A stretch of 64,000 nucleotides of DNA from Minisyncoccota bacterium. GTDB lineage: Bacteria > Patescibacteriota > Minisyncoccia > Phycocordibacterales > Phycocordibacteraceae. The notes under the pieces were generated by a model, which ran no database searches, was not told where the DNA came from, and saw only the letters and a program-made list of their open reading frames with translations. The number at the start of each line of letters is the position of its first letter. Position 1 is the stretch's first letter. Shown in pieces: positions 18,680 to 28,027 of this stretch. The DNA lies in assembly GCA_022842585.1 (NCBI GenBank), contig JALHPI010000001.1, positions 2,298 through 66,297 of the forward strand, in the 5' to 3' direction. Both the position numbers and the translations under genes were made by a program.

Positions 18680-19819
18680 TTACTCATACTCCATCCATAC
18701 CCGACGGCGGACGTAATCAGTATAGCCAAGGATGATACGAGCAACTTTCTTGGAAACATTAGGCATAGAATAATCACTCACTAACCGGAACGGGCGCTCT
18801 GGGTTGGCGTGTCTCATCGCGAGCGCGACTGACTGCACGATTCGTTCCGGTGAGACGCTCGCCATAATAACGCTTGCCTCGTCGGACGCTTCTGGGCGCT
18901 CGTGTGCTTCACGTATCATCACGGCCGGTAAGTTCAAGATTGATGCCTCCTCACTAATAGTCCCGCTATCTGAAATAACGCACGCCGCATTCAATTGGAG
19001 TTTCTGATAGTCATGAAAACCGAGTGGTTTAATAAACCGAAGCTTTTCAGATGTATCAATGCCGCGCTCGTCAATGCGTTTTTTCGTTCGCGGATGGGTC
19101 GAAATGATAACGGGCATACCGTATTCGTCGGCTACACGCGTCAAACCTTCGATAATTCCATCAAGTGCACGATTGTTTGTAATATTCTCTTCACGATGGA
19201 AGCTTGCAACGAAGTATTTACCCATCTCGACGTTAAGGGTCAAAAGAATGGACGACGCGTCGATGGCGTCCTTATTCACTGCAAGTACCTCGAAAAGCGG
19301 TGAACCGGTCTTAATGACGCAGTCCGGTGGCATATTTTCACGAAGAAGGTAGTCGCGTGCGCGGTCGCTATATACCAGATTGATATCACTCATATGGTCG
19401 ACGATGCGTCGATTGATCTCTTCAGGCACTCTTTGGTCAAAGCAACGGTTCCCTGCCTCCATATGAAACGTGGGTATTTTGCGACGCTTCGCGGCGTAGA
19501 GCGCTAAAGCGCTGTTTGTATCCCCTAAGACGAGCACTGCATCCGGCTTCTCTTTTTCAAGTACCTCATCTGCTTTTGCGATAACTTGCGCGACGGTCTG
19601 CGCGGCTGTCTCGCCTGCTGCGGCGAGAAAGTAATCAGGTTTGCGAAGACCGAGGTCTTGGAAAAAGATCTCGTTCAACTCGTAGTCATAGTTCTGTCCC
19701 GTATGGACAAGTACGTGGGTTGTCGTCGCATCAAGCTCCTTAATCACTTCCGAGAGGCGAATGATTTCTGGCCGTGTGCCAAGAATCGTTACTACTTTTA
19801 TGCTCTTAGACGGGTTCAT
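18680..19819 (-). CDS. wecB: UDP-GlcNAc 2-epimerase (non-hydrolysing), FnlC/Cap5G-like
   Basis: GTRPEIIRL, HTGQNYD, HMEAGNRCFD.RVPEEINR, DSGTISEE. Confidence 0.93.
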   Translation of the reverse strand: MNPSKSIKVVTILGTRPEIIRLSEVIKELDATTTHVLVHTGQNYDYELNEIFFQDLGLRKPDYFLAAAGETAAQTVAQVIAKADEVLEKEKPDAVLVLGDTNSALALYAAKRRKIPTFHMEAGNRCFDQRVPEEINRRIVDHMSDINLVYSDRARDYLLRENMPPDCVIKTGSPLFEVLAVNKDAIDASSILLTLNVEMGKYFVASFHREENITNNRALDGIIEGLTRVADEYGMPVIISTHPRTKKRIDERGIDTSEKLRFIKPLGFHDYQKLQLNAACVISDSGTISEEASILNLPAVMIREAHERPEASDEASVIMASVSPERIVQSVALAMRHANPERPFRLVSDYSMPNVSKKVARIILGYTDYVRRRVWMEYE

Positions 19820-20903
19820 AGTACGTGTCAGGGTCGTTCGAATCATATTGCTCGCTTATCCAAAATACTGCAAGCATCTCATCACTTCCTGTGTTCGTAA
19901 TGTTGTGGGTCCAATATGACGGCATATCAATAACGACCGGTTGTTCGCCTGAGACATCATATACTCGAGTTTCATTTGTAAGGAGCTTACGCAAAGTGAT
20001 CTGAGCATTCCCTCGTATCACGCAGAAGCGTTCAAACTTATGAGTATGGTAGTGGTTTCCGCGCGTCGCGCCAGGGATAGTCGTTGAGAAGAATACTTGA
20101 TCTGGTTTATTGCTTCTCACAATTTCAAATAAGTTTCCTTGCTCACTCGGTTTTATCTCAAGTTTCCGAGGAAACATAACAGGAAACAAGTGTGAGTGAA
20201 GCGTCATGAATAATGCCCGCTCAAAAGAATTGTTCAATGTTGGCATGACGCCGTTTTGGTACTGATCTGCCTGTGACCTCAACATCTCATACACGGTTGC
20301 AAGTCCAATTGAACGCCCTTCAATTCGTGTAAGACCGCCCTCTTTGTTCAACAGGTCGATGACATGACGAGCGACGTCTCGTGCGTGGATAAGCTCAACC
20401 TGTGCGTCGGGATTAATTTCTGACGGAAGGTTATGTGCAATCTGGTGACAGAGTGTTGCAACGGCAGAGTTATAGAACGGCTTTGCAAATTCACCAAAGA
20501 TATGGGGCAGGACCATAATAGAAACTCGTGCGTCATTTTCCTTACCCCATGCCTCAAGAATATCTCCCGCCTCTTTTTTTGATGTACCGTACATGGTGTC
20601 GCGCTCAATATGAGTCGATGATGCGAAAACGATGTGCGGCTTTACTCCTTCGCACGCCAAGACAAGCGTGCGTGCAAGCCCGATATTTGTCTTGTACATT
20701 TCAGCATCATCTCCCCGATTCATGCCGGCAAGGTGAATTATTGCATCGCAAGACTCGAGACGCGCACGAAGATCTTCTACCTGCTCAAATGCGTCTTTGG
20801 GAACTACGACAACCGTGTGTTCACCTCGTTCCTGATACGGCAAGAGATAAAACCGGATGTGCTGACCAAGAAACCCTTCTGCGCCTGTTATAGCAATCTT
20901 CAT
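19806..20903 (-). CDS. fnlB: FnlB/Cap5F-like reductase with C-terminal cupin
   Basis: TGAEGFLG, FGE..KPFYNS, RGNHYHTHKFERF, DTYYEPV. Confidence 0.85.
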   Translation of the reverse strand: MKIAITGAEGFLGQHIRFYLLPYQERGEHTVVVVPKDAFEQVEDLRARLESCDAIIHLAGMNRGDDAEMYKTNIGLARTLVLACEGVKPHIVFASSTHIERDTMYGTSKKEAGDILEAWGKENDARVSIMVLPHIFGEFAKPFYNSAVATLCHQIAHNLPSEINPDAQVELIHARDVARHVIDLLNKEGGLTRIEGRSIGLATVYEMLRSQADQYQNGVMPTLNNSFERALFMTLHSHLFPVMFPRKLEIKPSEQGNLFEIVRSNKPDQVFFSTTIPGATRGNHYHTHKFERFCVIRGNAQITLRKLLTNETRVYDVSGEQPVVIDMPSYWTHNITNTGSDEMLAVFWISEQYDSNDPDTYYEPV

Positions 20904-21904
20904 GCACGCAATCGTAGCTCTTCCTGGATGTACGGAAGCGTGAGCAGAAATTCCTTAACCTCTGGCACCGTAAGCTGTTGCGTTGTGTTTGATGCGTAGT
21001 GCTCCTTTTCCGGTAAGTCTGTACCTCCTTCCTCAAAGTACTTTTGATAATCAAACGTTCTATCGGTACGAACACGGTAATACCCACCGAGATCTTCAGA
21101 ATTCATTACTTCGAGATTATGCGCGAGTATCTCATGAATCTTCTCACCCTCTCTGATACCAACGGTCGTAATCGGCTCTGACGATCCAAAGAGTTCTTTG
21201 ATTGCCGTAGCAAGATCCTGGATGGTTGCTGCAGGAGATTTCTTGATGAAGATATTGCCCTGTTCACCTTTATCAACCGCAAGTTCAACTAGGTCTACCG
21301 CATCATCAAGTGACAATAAAAAACGAGTCATATATGGAACAGTTATTGGAAGCGATTTACCCGCCTTAATGCATTCGACAAAAAGAGGAATGACGGACCC
21401 GCGCGAGGCTGCGACATTACCATAGCGCACTGCAGAAAACACGGTATTGCGTGCAATACGCGAGAATGCCGTCATCGTCTTCTCTGCAAGTGCCTTTGAC
21501 ATACCCATGGCATTCACAGGATGCACTGCTTTGTCGGTACTTAAGAAGATAACGCGTCCAACTCCCACATTCTCCGCTACATCGGCAATATTATGTGACC
21601 CAAGGATATTAGTCTTTACCATCTCCCACGGGAAAAACTCACCCGTTGGCACCTGCTTAAGTGCCGCCGCATGAAATACGACATCAATTCCACGAAAGTG
21701 GTGCCAGAGAACATCGCGTTCGCGTATATCACCAACAACAAAGGTTAGTTTTGTATTGTCGCGAAACGCATTTCGCATATCGTGTTGTTTTTTTTCATCA
21801 CGACTGAAGACAATTACTTGTTCTACATCGGTTCGGCTGAGAAAACGTTCGACCGCTGCGTGGCCGAACGAACCTGTACCACCTGTGACAAGAATACGTG
21901 TCAT
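20900..21904 (-). CDS. fnlA: UDP-GlcNAc 4,6-dehydratase/5-epimerase, FnlA/Cap5E-like
   Basis: TGGTGSFG, HAAALKQVP, STDKAV.PVNAMGMSKA, RYGNV..SRGSVIPLF. Confidence 0.88.
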   Translation of the reverse strand: MTRILVTGGTGSFGHAAVERFLSRTDVEQVIVFSRDEKKQHDMRNAFRDNTKLTFVVGDIRERDVLWHHFRGIDVVFHAAALKQVPTGEFFPWEMVKTNILGSHNIADVAENVGVGRVIFLSTDKAVHPVNAMGMSKALAEKTMTAFSRIARNTVFSAVRYGNVAASRGSVIPLFVECIKAGKSLPITVPYMTRFLLSLDDAVDLVELAVDKGEQGNIFIKKSPAATIQDLATAIKELFGSSEPITTVGIREGEKIHEILAHNLEVMNSEDLGGYYRVRTDRTFDYQKYFEEGGTDLPEKEHYASNTTQQLTVPEVKEFLLTLPYIQEELRLRA

Positions 21905-21915
21905 ACGATTGGCGA

Positions 21916-22506
21916 CTATGATTCCAGGAATTTGATCGCGTCTATCATCTGAACGTGCGGATCAATGTCGGTAATAGTCGTGTGACGCTGTTTATTGCTC
22001 ATAGTGTAGTCACGAACCAAGACCTTGTAGCCGAGTTTCTCGAATTCCTCTGGCTCCCATGCCGAACGGTGCGTCTGCCAATGATCTCCGCCATACCCAA
22101 GTATGTCTATGTCCTGAGGGATATGTCCACGCGGGTTCTCAGATATGACCGCTTTGCGGGCTATCTCCTCACACTGACGCAAAAGTTCGAAGCCTTCGTC
22201 CTTCTCAAGGTGCTCGATGATATCGCAGCCGATGACGAGATCGAAGCTTTTCGGCATGAAAATCTCGTTCAATTTAGGCACATCGTACTTCACGGTGACG
22301 TACGGCACGTCCGACTCGATATGCTTGAAATATTCATCATAGATGTCGACGCCGACGCGTATTTGCGCAGGAATGTACTTTGATTTAAGTGAGAGGCCGC
22401 ATGCAACGTCAAGCACGGAGACTATCTCTCCTTCCTTCCACGGCCATAGGTTAGCGCGCGTGAAAATATTCTGGATGCTGTTTTCCTTCCAATCCTCTTT
22501 TGACAT
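21916..22506 (-). CDS. SAM-dependent methyltransferase
   Basis: VLDVACG, DIIEHL motifs. Confidence 0.8.
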   Translation of the reverse strand: MSKEDWKENSIQNIFTRANLWPWKEGEIVSVLDVACGLSLKSKYIPAQIRVGVDIYDEYFKHIESDVPYVTVKYDVPKLNEIFMPKSFDLVIGCDIIEHLEKDEGFELLRQCEEIARKAVISENPRGHIPQDIDILGYGGDHWQTHRSAWEPEEFEKLGYKVLVRDYTMSNKQRHTTITDIDPHVQMIDAIKFLES

Positions 22507-22636
22507 TACCTCAGTCTATCAGACCCTTTGGAAAACAGAAGTAACGCGTATGAAACGTTCCTCATTGCTTTGCCTTAAAGAGAAGGACACATTATTTGTA
22601 TTGCACAAGTTCCTTGTTTTCAGGCATACTTAGGGG

Positions 22637-22939
22637 ATGAAAAGCATAAGTGAGTGGCAAAAAGCCCTGAAAGAAGCTGCAAATCATAAATTTCCGCAGA
22701 GCGCTTGGGGCGAGGCGGAGCGTGTTGCTTCAATACAAGAACAACTGAACGATGTGAAAGCCGCGCTTGCGGTTGAGCAAGGAACGCTCCAAAGCGACGA
22801 CCATGCGCATCAGGACCCCGACCATCGCATCGGTGCCCTTATTGCAGACATCCTTATCCTTGCCGAGGAACGCGATGCTGACGTGGAGCGCGAGCTAGAG
22901 AAGGTGCTTGCGTGGTTCCAGATGCGGGAACAGGAATAA
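22637..22939 (+). CDS. MazG-like NTP pyrophosphohydrolase-fold protein
   Basis: Small helical protein with IQEQLNDV...IADILILA pattern. Confidence 0.55.
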   Translation: MKSISEWQKALKEAANHKFPQSAWGEAERVASIQEQLNDVKAALAVEQGTLQSDDHAHQDPDHRIGALIADILILAEERDADVERELEKVLAWFQMREQE

Positions 22940-22940
22940 C

Positions 22941-22968
22941 AAAAGAGGCGGAACGTGTCCGCCTCTTT
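22941..22968. terminator. Bidirectional terminator between convergent ORFs
   Basis: aaagaggcgga-acgtg-tccgcctcttt. Confidence 0.75.
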
Positions 22969-22988
22969 CCTCGCTCCTCGCTTTCCTG

Positions 22989-23516
22989 CTAGCTGCCGTG
23001 AATCGTGCGCAGGTGCTCCACGCTCGGCGCCTGATGGCGCACGAACGCGTCGGGAAGCTGATCGAGCGGACAGAACATCCGTTCGACGCCATCCACCAGC
23101 ACCGCAGGATCATCGAGCCTGAGAACGTGCTGGAACAGACGATAGGCCTCTTGGCCACGCGGGCTCGAATCGCGCCCGGCAGGACCCATGAGGATATCGC
23201 GCGCCAGCAGGAACTCCGGCTCGCCCGTGAGACTCACACCCACGTCGGGCTTCAGCACACGCTTCTCTAAGGTCGAGAGCGCGGTTTCTCCGGGGAGGAT
23301 GATGGCCCCGGGGATGTGCCACAGCCCCGCGAAGAACGGGTCCGAGCGAGGCCGCTTGGTGAGCAGCACCTCGGCACGGCCTCCGCCCTTCTGGATGATT
23401 GCTAGGTCGACGCTCGGCAGGACGGTCTTCCGCGCGAGCGCATAGAAGATGTCCGGAGGCACTGGCCACTCGAGCTTGCCGAGAAGAGCGAGGAACGCTT
23501 CATTATTAAAGGACAA
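22989..23516 (-). CDS. NUDIX-fold hydrolase (divergent Nudix box)
   Basis: SVDLAII...VLLTKRP..DPFFAGLWHIPGAIILPGET; visibly more GC-rich than its neighbours. Confidence 0.75.
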   Translation of the reverse strand: MSFNNEAFLALLGKLEWPVPPDIFYALARKTVLPSVDLAIIQKGGGRAEVLLTKRPRSDPFFAGLWHIPGAIILPGETALSTLEKRVLKPDVGVSLTGEPEFLLARDILMGPAGRDSSPRGQEAYRLFQHVLRLDDPAVLVDGVERMFCPLDQLPDAFVRHQAPSVEHLRTIHGS

Positions 23517-23590
23517 GATACTACCCTTTTCTCACCAGCCGCGTATCGACTGGAGGGTGTCTTTATAACACTATTTTTACTTTAATCAAA

Positions 23591-24607
23591 CTAAAGCGTT
23601 TCTGCGCGTCCCTCGAGGAGAACACGCCTTCCCTCTCTGGCCGATACACGCATCGCTTCCAAGACCTTTGCTTGGCGCAGAATGCGTTCATACATATCTG
23701 AGAACTTCTTTTCGTCTCGCTTTGCAACGGCATTAGTAAAGTATTCAAAACTCAGAGCAAACTGGTTTGCGGCGGGCACCGCAACTGTTTCAAGCATATC
23801 TTTCGTACCATCATTCGTTACCAACTCCACCGTAGGTACAAAGGTCGGCGGGAGCGCAAACGCACGATTCGTGCGCACGATACCTTTAGAGCCCCATACC
23901 GAGTATTGGTTCTGATAGAGGTGATTGAAGCCAAAGGACATATGCGCCGTTCCCTTCGGAAACTCAAACAGTGCAGAGCCTGCAATATCAACCTCGTGCC
24001 CGTCATTGGAAAGCGTACAGGTTACAGCCACGGGTTCTTGCTGCAGTATTTTCCGCGCCATAAAGGCGGTATAGCAGCCGGCGTCATTTAATGCTCCGCC
24101 CTTCAAATCTCTACGGTAGCGGATGTCACCATCCGGAAAGGGCGGAAAGCCGTATACGCCATGCCACACCTGCGGCACCCCGATCTTTCCATTCTCAATG
24201 AGAGAGAGGATTTCTTGATGCTGGGGATGGAATTCTGGAACGAAATTCTCATAGAGCGCCACACCATTTTCTTTACATGCATCCACCATACGCTTCGCAG
24301 ACTCGAGACTATACGTAATCGATTTCTCACAAATGACATGCTTGCCAGCCGCTGCGGCTTTCAGAGCCCACTCTTCCTGCAATCCGACGGGAAGCGGGCT
24401 GTAGAGGACATCGATGTCGTCACGTCGGATGAGCGAATCGTAGGTTTCGGCTTCAAGACTGTGGCGTTCCGCGGCAGCGCGCGCCTTTTCCTCGCTCCGG
24501 CTCGCAATAGCGACGAGCTCGACTCCCGAGAGCGACTTGAACGCGGGGATGCCATAGCGCTCCGCTATCTGAGATACCCCGAGGATGCCGACGCGGACCT
24601 TGTTCAT
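23591..24607 (-). CDS. Gfo/Idh/MocA oxidoreductase, NDP-hexose 3-ketoreductase type
   Basis: VAIASRSEEKA, GKHVICEKS, DIRYRRDLKGGALNDAGCY; adjacent to the 2,3-dehydratase. Confidence 0.85.
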   Translation of the reverse strand: MNKVRVGILGVSQIAERYGIPAFKSLSGVELVAIASRSEEKARAAAERHSLEAETYDSLIRRDDIDVLYSPLPVGLQEEWALKAAAAGKHVICEKSITYSLESAKRMVDACKENGVALYENFVPEFHPQHQEILSLIENGKIGVPQVWHGVYGFPPFPDGDIRYRRDLKGGALNDAGCYTAFMARKILQQEPVAVTCTLSNDGHEVDIAGSALFEFPKGTAHMSFGFNHLYQNQYSVWGSKGIVRTNRAFALPPTFVPTVELVTNDGTKDMLETVAVPAANQFALSFEYFTNAVAKRDEKKFSDMYERILRQAKVLEAMRVSAREGRRVLLEGRAETL

Positions 24608-25242
24608 AGGAGTGCGCAGACGTTCCGGGCAAGCGAGTTCATCGCGAGGTCGACGCGCAGGAGCGCCTGTATCTGCGGAAGCGTGAGCCAGATATAATCC
24701 TCCGTAATAGGTACCTCTTCCGTCTCATCCACCTCCACGAGCACGGAGCGGTTCACCTTGTGATAGAAGCGACCGCCATCCTCGACGCCCTCAACAGACT
24801 CGACGAGCGTGCCCTTCGTCCCGTCGAAATATTCCGCGAGTCGCGGACGCTTCCCCTTATGCGCGAGCGAGAGATTCCCTTCGGACGCCTGGCATGCAGG
24901 CGAGATCTGAAGCATGCCCTTGTTTCCCGGCTCGAACTTCGCATAGAAGAGGTAATGCATGACGCCGGCGCGCTTCTGCATGAGTACGCCCGAAATGCCT
25001 ATTTCCTCTTGTTTCAGCATCGGCTGACTCCAGGAGGCCACCTCGCGGTCTTCGGCACCGGTAACCTTCACACCTATGACCGAGAAGAACTTCCCGGATT
25101 CATGCACGATGTTCCCGGTAGCGGGTTCCGTCTTCCATCCTTGCGCCTCGTTGACCCCCACCTCCTCGACCGTCACCGGATAGAGGGCTCGGCGCTCCTC
25201 GAGCCACGTCAGTATCGGCTGTATATCGACGTGTTCGTTCAT
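24604..25242 (-). CDS. NDP-hexose 2,3-dehydratase (single-domain form)
   Basis: IVHESGKFFSVIGV, REVASWSQPM, EPGN...QISP..QA, EDGGRFYHKVNR, WLTL.Q. Confidence 0.88.
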   Translation of the reverse strand: MNEHVDIQPILTWLEERRALYPVTVEEVGVNEAQGWKTEPATGNIVHESGKFFSVIGVKVTGAEDREVASWSQPMLKQEEIGISGVLMQKRAGVMHYLFYAKFEPGNKGMLQISPACQASEGNLSLAHKGKRPRLAEYFDGTKGTLVESVEGVEDGGRFYHKVNRSVLVEVDETEEVPITEDYIWLTLPQIQALLRVDLAMNSLARNVCALL

Positions 25243-26468
25243 ACGATTTCAACGTTAGGGATAGGGATGATGAACTTCGCCCCTCTATCGCGGAGTTCCT
25301 GTTCTTTGGTAAGGATGAAGTCTCGATAGTTCCATGCCAGTAATAAAAGATAATCAGGCGTTTCTGTTTTGAGTATGTCGGGAGACCGTACTGGTATGTG
25401 GCTTCCAGGCGTAAGCTTCCCCACCTTATAAGGCGTCGTATCAGTTACGTACGCAATATCTTCTGCGGTGAAGCCACAGAAGTTAAGGAGGGTGTTCCCT
25501 TTTGCAGGAGCGCCATAGGCGGTCACCACCTTGCCTTCTTTTCGGAACCCACGCACAAGCGAGACAAGCTTGTCCTTAATCGCTTCGGCCTCGTTCTGGA
25601 AATCAGCAAACCGCGCGAGACTATGAAGCCCTGCCTGCTCTTCAAGAAGGAGCAGTGCTTGCACGCTCTCTGTGACCTGCTCCCCTGTCTTCCGGCGCGC
25701 ATACACTCGTATGGAACCACCATGAACGGTAACGCGACGTACATCACATACCTCCATGTCAAAGCGCGCAAAAAGATGTTGAAGTGGCTTCACGCTGTAA
25801 TAGCAGAGGTGCTCGTGGTAGACGGTATCAAACTCCATATGCTCTACAAGATCCAGAAGGTAGTGTGATTCGGTGACGAACACGCCGTCGTCTGCGAGAA
25901 GTTCTTTCACTCCAAGAATTATTTCATCAACGTTATCGATATGCGCAAAGACATTGTTTGCTGAAATGACCTTTGCTTTTCCGTGCGAAGCGACGATCTG
26001 ACGCGCCATCTCAACCGTGAAGAACCCATCAAGGGTTTCCACTCCTTTTTTGCGCGCTTCTTCAGCCACATTCGCCGACGGCTCAATACCAAGCACGCGA
26101 TACTTCTCCACGAAGTTCTGCAGGAGGATGCCGTCGTTGCTGCCGATATCAACGACTAAATCGCCTTCGGTAAGCTGTTCTTTCTTGAGGTCGTCGGCAT
26201 AGGAACGGAAGTGATCAACGAGCGGTTTTGAAGCCGAAGAGAAATACGCATAGTCTCCATGAAAAAGCTCTTCTTCAGCAACCACATCAAGAAGCTGCAC
26301 GAGGTTGCAAGTACCACAAAAATACACCTCAAGCGGGTAGCGCTTTTCGTCTTTGATATGTTCTGCGTCAGTAAAGTTATCTACCGGCGGATGTTCCCCA
26401 AGCGAGAGGATACGCGTGAGGTCGGTACCTTTGCAAACGCGACAAGTTGTCTTATGGACGTGGCTCAT
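25239..26468 (-). CDS. NDP-sugar C3-methyltransferase
   Basis: Zn-binding CRVC...C..C.LVQL, DIGSNDG, FDTVYHEH, YGAPAKGNTLLN, LLAWNY. Confidence 0.9.
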   Translation of the reverse strand: MSHVHKTTCRVCKGTDLTRILSLGEHPPVDNFTDAEHIKDEKRYPLEVYFCGTCNLVQLLDVVAEEELFHGDYAYFSSASKPLVDHFRSYADDLKKEQLTEGDLVVDIGSNDGILLQNFVEKYRVLGIEPSANVAEEARKKGVETLDGFFTVEMARQIVASHGKAKVISANNVFAHIDNVDEIILGVKELLADDGVFVTESHYLLDLVEHMEFDTVYHEHLCYYSVKPLQHLFARFDMEVCDVRRVTVHGGSIRVYARRKTGEQVTESVQALLLLEEQAGLHSLARFADFQNEAEAIKDKLVSLVRGFRKEGKVVTAYGAPAKGNTLLNFCGFTAEDIAYVTDTTPYKVGKLTPGSHIPVRSPDILKTETPDYLLLLAWNYRDFILTKEQELRDRGAKFIIPIPNVEIV

Positions 26469-26490
26469 GGAATATAAAGGAGTATACCAA

Positions 26491-27312
26491 TTACGCCCAC
26501 TCGGTAGCGAGATACTCCGAAAGCGCCTCTTTCCACGGACGAAGGTGTATCTTCTCTGACACCACCGCTTCATTTGCGGGCAAAGTGACGCCTGCGAAGT
26601 GACTTCTATCAACTGCGCGCACTGGTGTGTTTACCCCAAGCTCTTTAGCGAGCGCTTCGGCGAGCTCAAATCGTGACGCCGAGCCTGCGTTTGTGATATG
26701 AAAAATGCCTTCCTTGCCTGTGGTAAGCAGGTCCTTTATTGCTTCAACATAGTCTTTGGCGTAGGTAGGTGAACCCTGTACATCGTTCAAGGCGACAATG
26801 TCGGAGTCCCCCGCCCGCAGCTTCCCGAGCATTTTTCCATAGAACTTGGTGTCGCGTAGAGGACCACCGCCAAACACCCACGCCGTGCGAGCGATGATGG
26901 CGCGTGGGGCGGTAGCGGCTACGACTTCTCCCAGATATTTTGTCAGACCATACTTCGTTGTCGGTTCCGGTATATCGCTCTCGGTGTACGGACCTTCCTT
27001 ATCTCCTTTAAACACACGAGAGGTGGAAGCATATACGAGTGTCGCTCCCGTCACGCGCGCCGCACGCACCGCGTTATACACGCCGCGCACGTTTAATTCA
27101 TACGCATATAACGGATCGCTCTCGCATGTTTGTGTGTCGGTGGCTCCGGCGAGATAGATGATTGCGCTTGGTTGACACTCCTCGACATACCGCATAACCG
27201 CGTCTTCATCCAACACATCCAATTCTTCGTGCGTTGGTCGCATGCCAAAATCAACATACCTCCCAATCATTCCGCCCGCGCCAAGCGTGAGTACGCGATC
27301 AAGCGAGATCAT
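26491..27312 (-). CDS. rfbD: dTDP-4-dehydrorhamnose reductase family (4-ketoreductase)
   Basis: GAGGMIG, YGLTK, GSPTY, GIFHITN. Confidence 0.8.
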   Translation of the reverse strand: MISLDRVLTLGAGGMIGRYVDFGMRPTHEELDVLDEDAVMRYVEECQPSAIIYLAGATDTQTCESDPLYAYELNVRGVYNAVRAARVTGATLVYASTSRVFKGDKEGPYTESDIPEPTTKYGLTKYLGEVVAATAPRAIIARTAWVFGGGPLRDTKFYGKMLGKLRAGDSDIVALNDVQGSPTYAKDYVEAIKDLLTTGKEGIFHITNAGSASRFELAEALAKELGVNTPVRAVDRSHFAGVTLPANEAVVSEKIHLRPWKEALSEYLATEWA

Positions 27313-28025
27313 AGTCCTCTCTTTGCAATTTCAATGGAGACTTTATGGAGCGAATCAAACGTGCCAGCGTCAGACCAGAGCCCTTTGATAATCCCGTGCG
27401 AAAGTTTGCCTTTATCGAGATACGCGTTATTCGCATCCGTGATTTCAAGCTCCCCGCGCCCTGATGGCTTCAATGTTTTGATAATGGTGAATATCTCATT
27501 GTCATAGACATAGAAGCCGGTCTGAGCGAACTTAGACTTCGGCTTCTTCGGCTTCTCTTCAATGCGCACAATCTTCTTCCCCGACTTATCAAAAACGGGC
27601 ACTCCGAATCGATGCGGATTCTCCATGCGCTTGAAGAACACCTTGGCGCCCTCCGTGAAAGAAGCGATGTCTTTGCTAAAATCCTGTTCAAAGATATTGT
27701 CACCGAGAATAACGGCAACCGGTAACCCTTGGGAGAAATCTTCCGCATGACTGAGCGCGTCTGCGATACCGCCGTTGTTCGTGTTTTGGATGGCATACGA
27801 ACATTTGACGCCGTACTCGTGCCCTGAGCCCAAAAACTGCATGAAGTGCCCCGCATGTTCGCGGCCGGTGACGACCATAATGTCGGTAATACCTGCCTTT
27901 TTGAGCGTCTCGAGAGGATACAGAATCATCGGCTTGTTATAGACCGGAAGGAGGTGCTTGTTCGTGATGAGCGTCAGAGGGCGCAGGCGGGTACCAAACC
28001 CCCCTGCGAGGATAACCCCCTTCAT
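27309..28025 (-). CDS. rfbA: Glucose-1-phosphate thymidylyltransferase
   Basis: GVILAGGFGTRLRPLT, KHLLPVY, LGDNIF, RGELEITD, WSDAGT. Confidence 0.92.
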   Translation of the reverse strand: MKGVILAGGFGTRLRPLTLITNKHLLPVYNKPMILYPLETLKKAGITDIMVVTGREHAGHFMQFLGSGHEYGVKCSYAIQNTNNGGIADALSHAEDFSQGLPVAVILGDNIFEQDFSKDIASFTEGAKVFFKRMENPHRFGVPVFDKSGKKIVRIEEKPKKPKSKFAQTGFYVYDNEIFTIIKTLKPSGRGELEITDANNAYLDKGKLSHGIIKGLWSDAGTFDSLHKVSIEIAKRGL

Positions 28026-28027
28026 CG

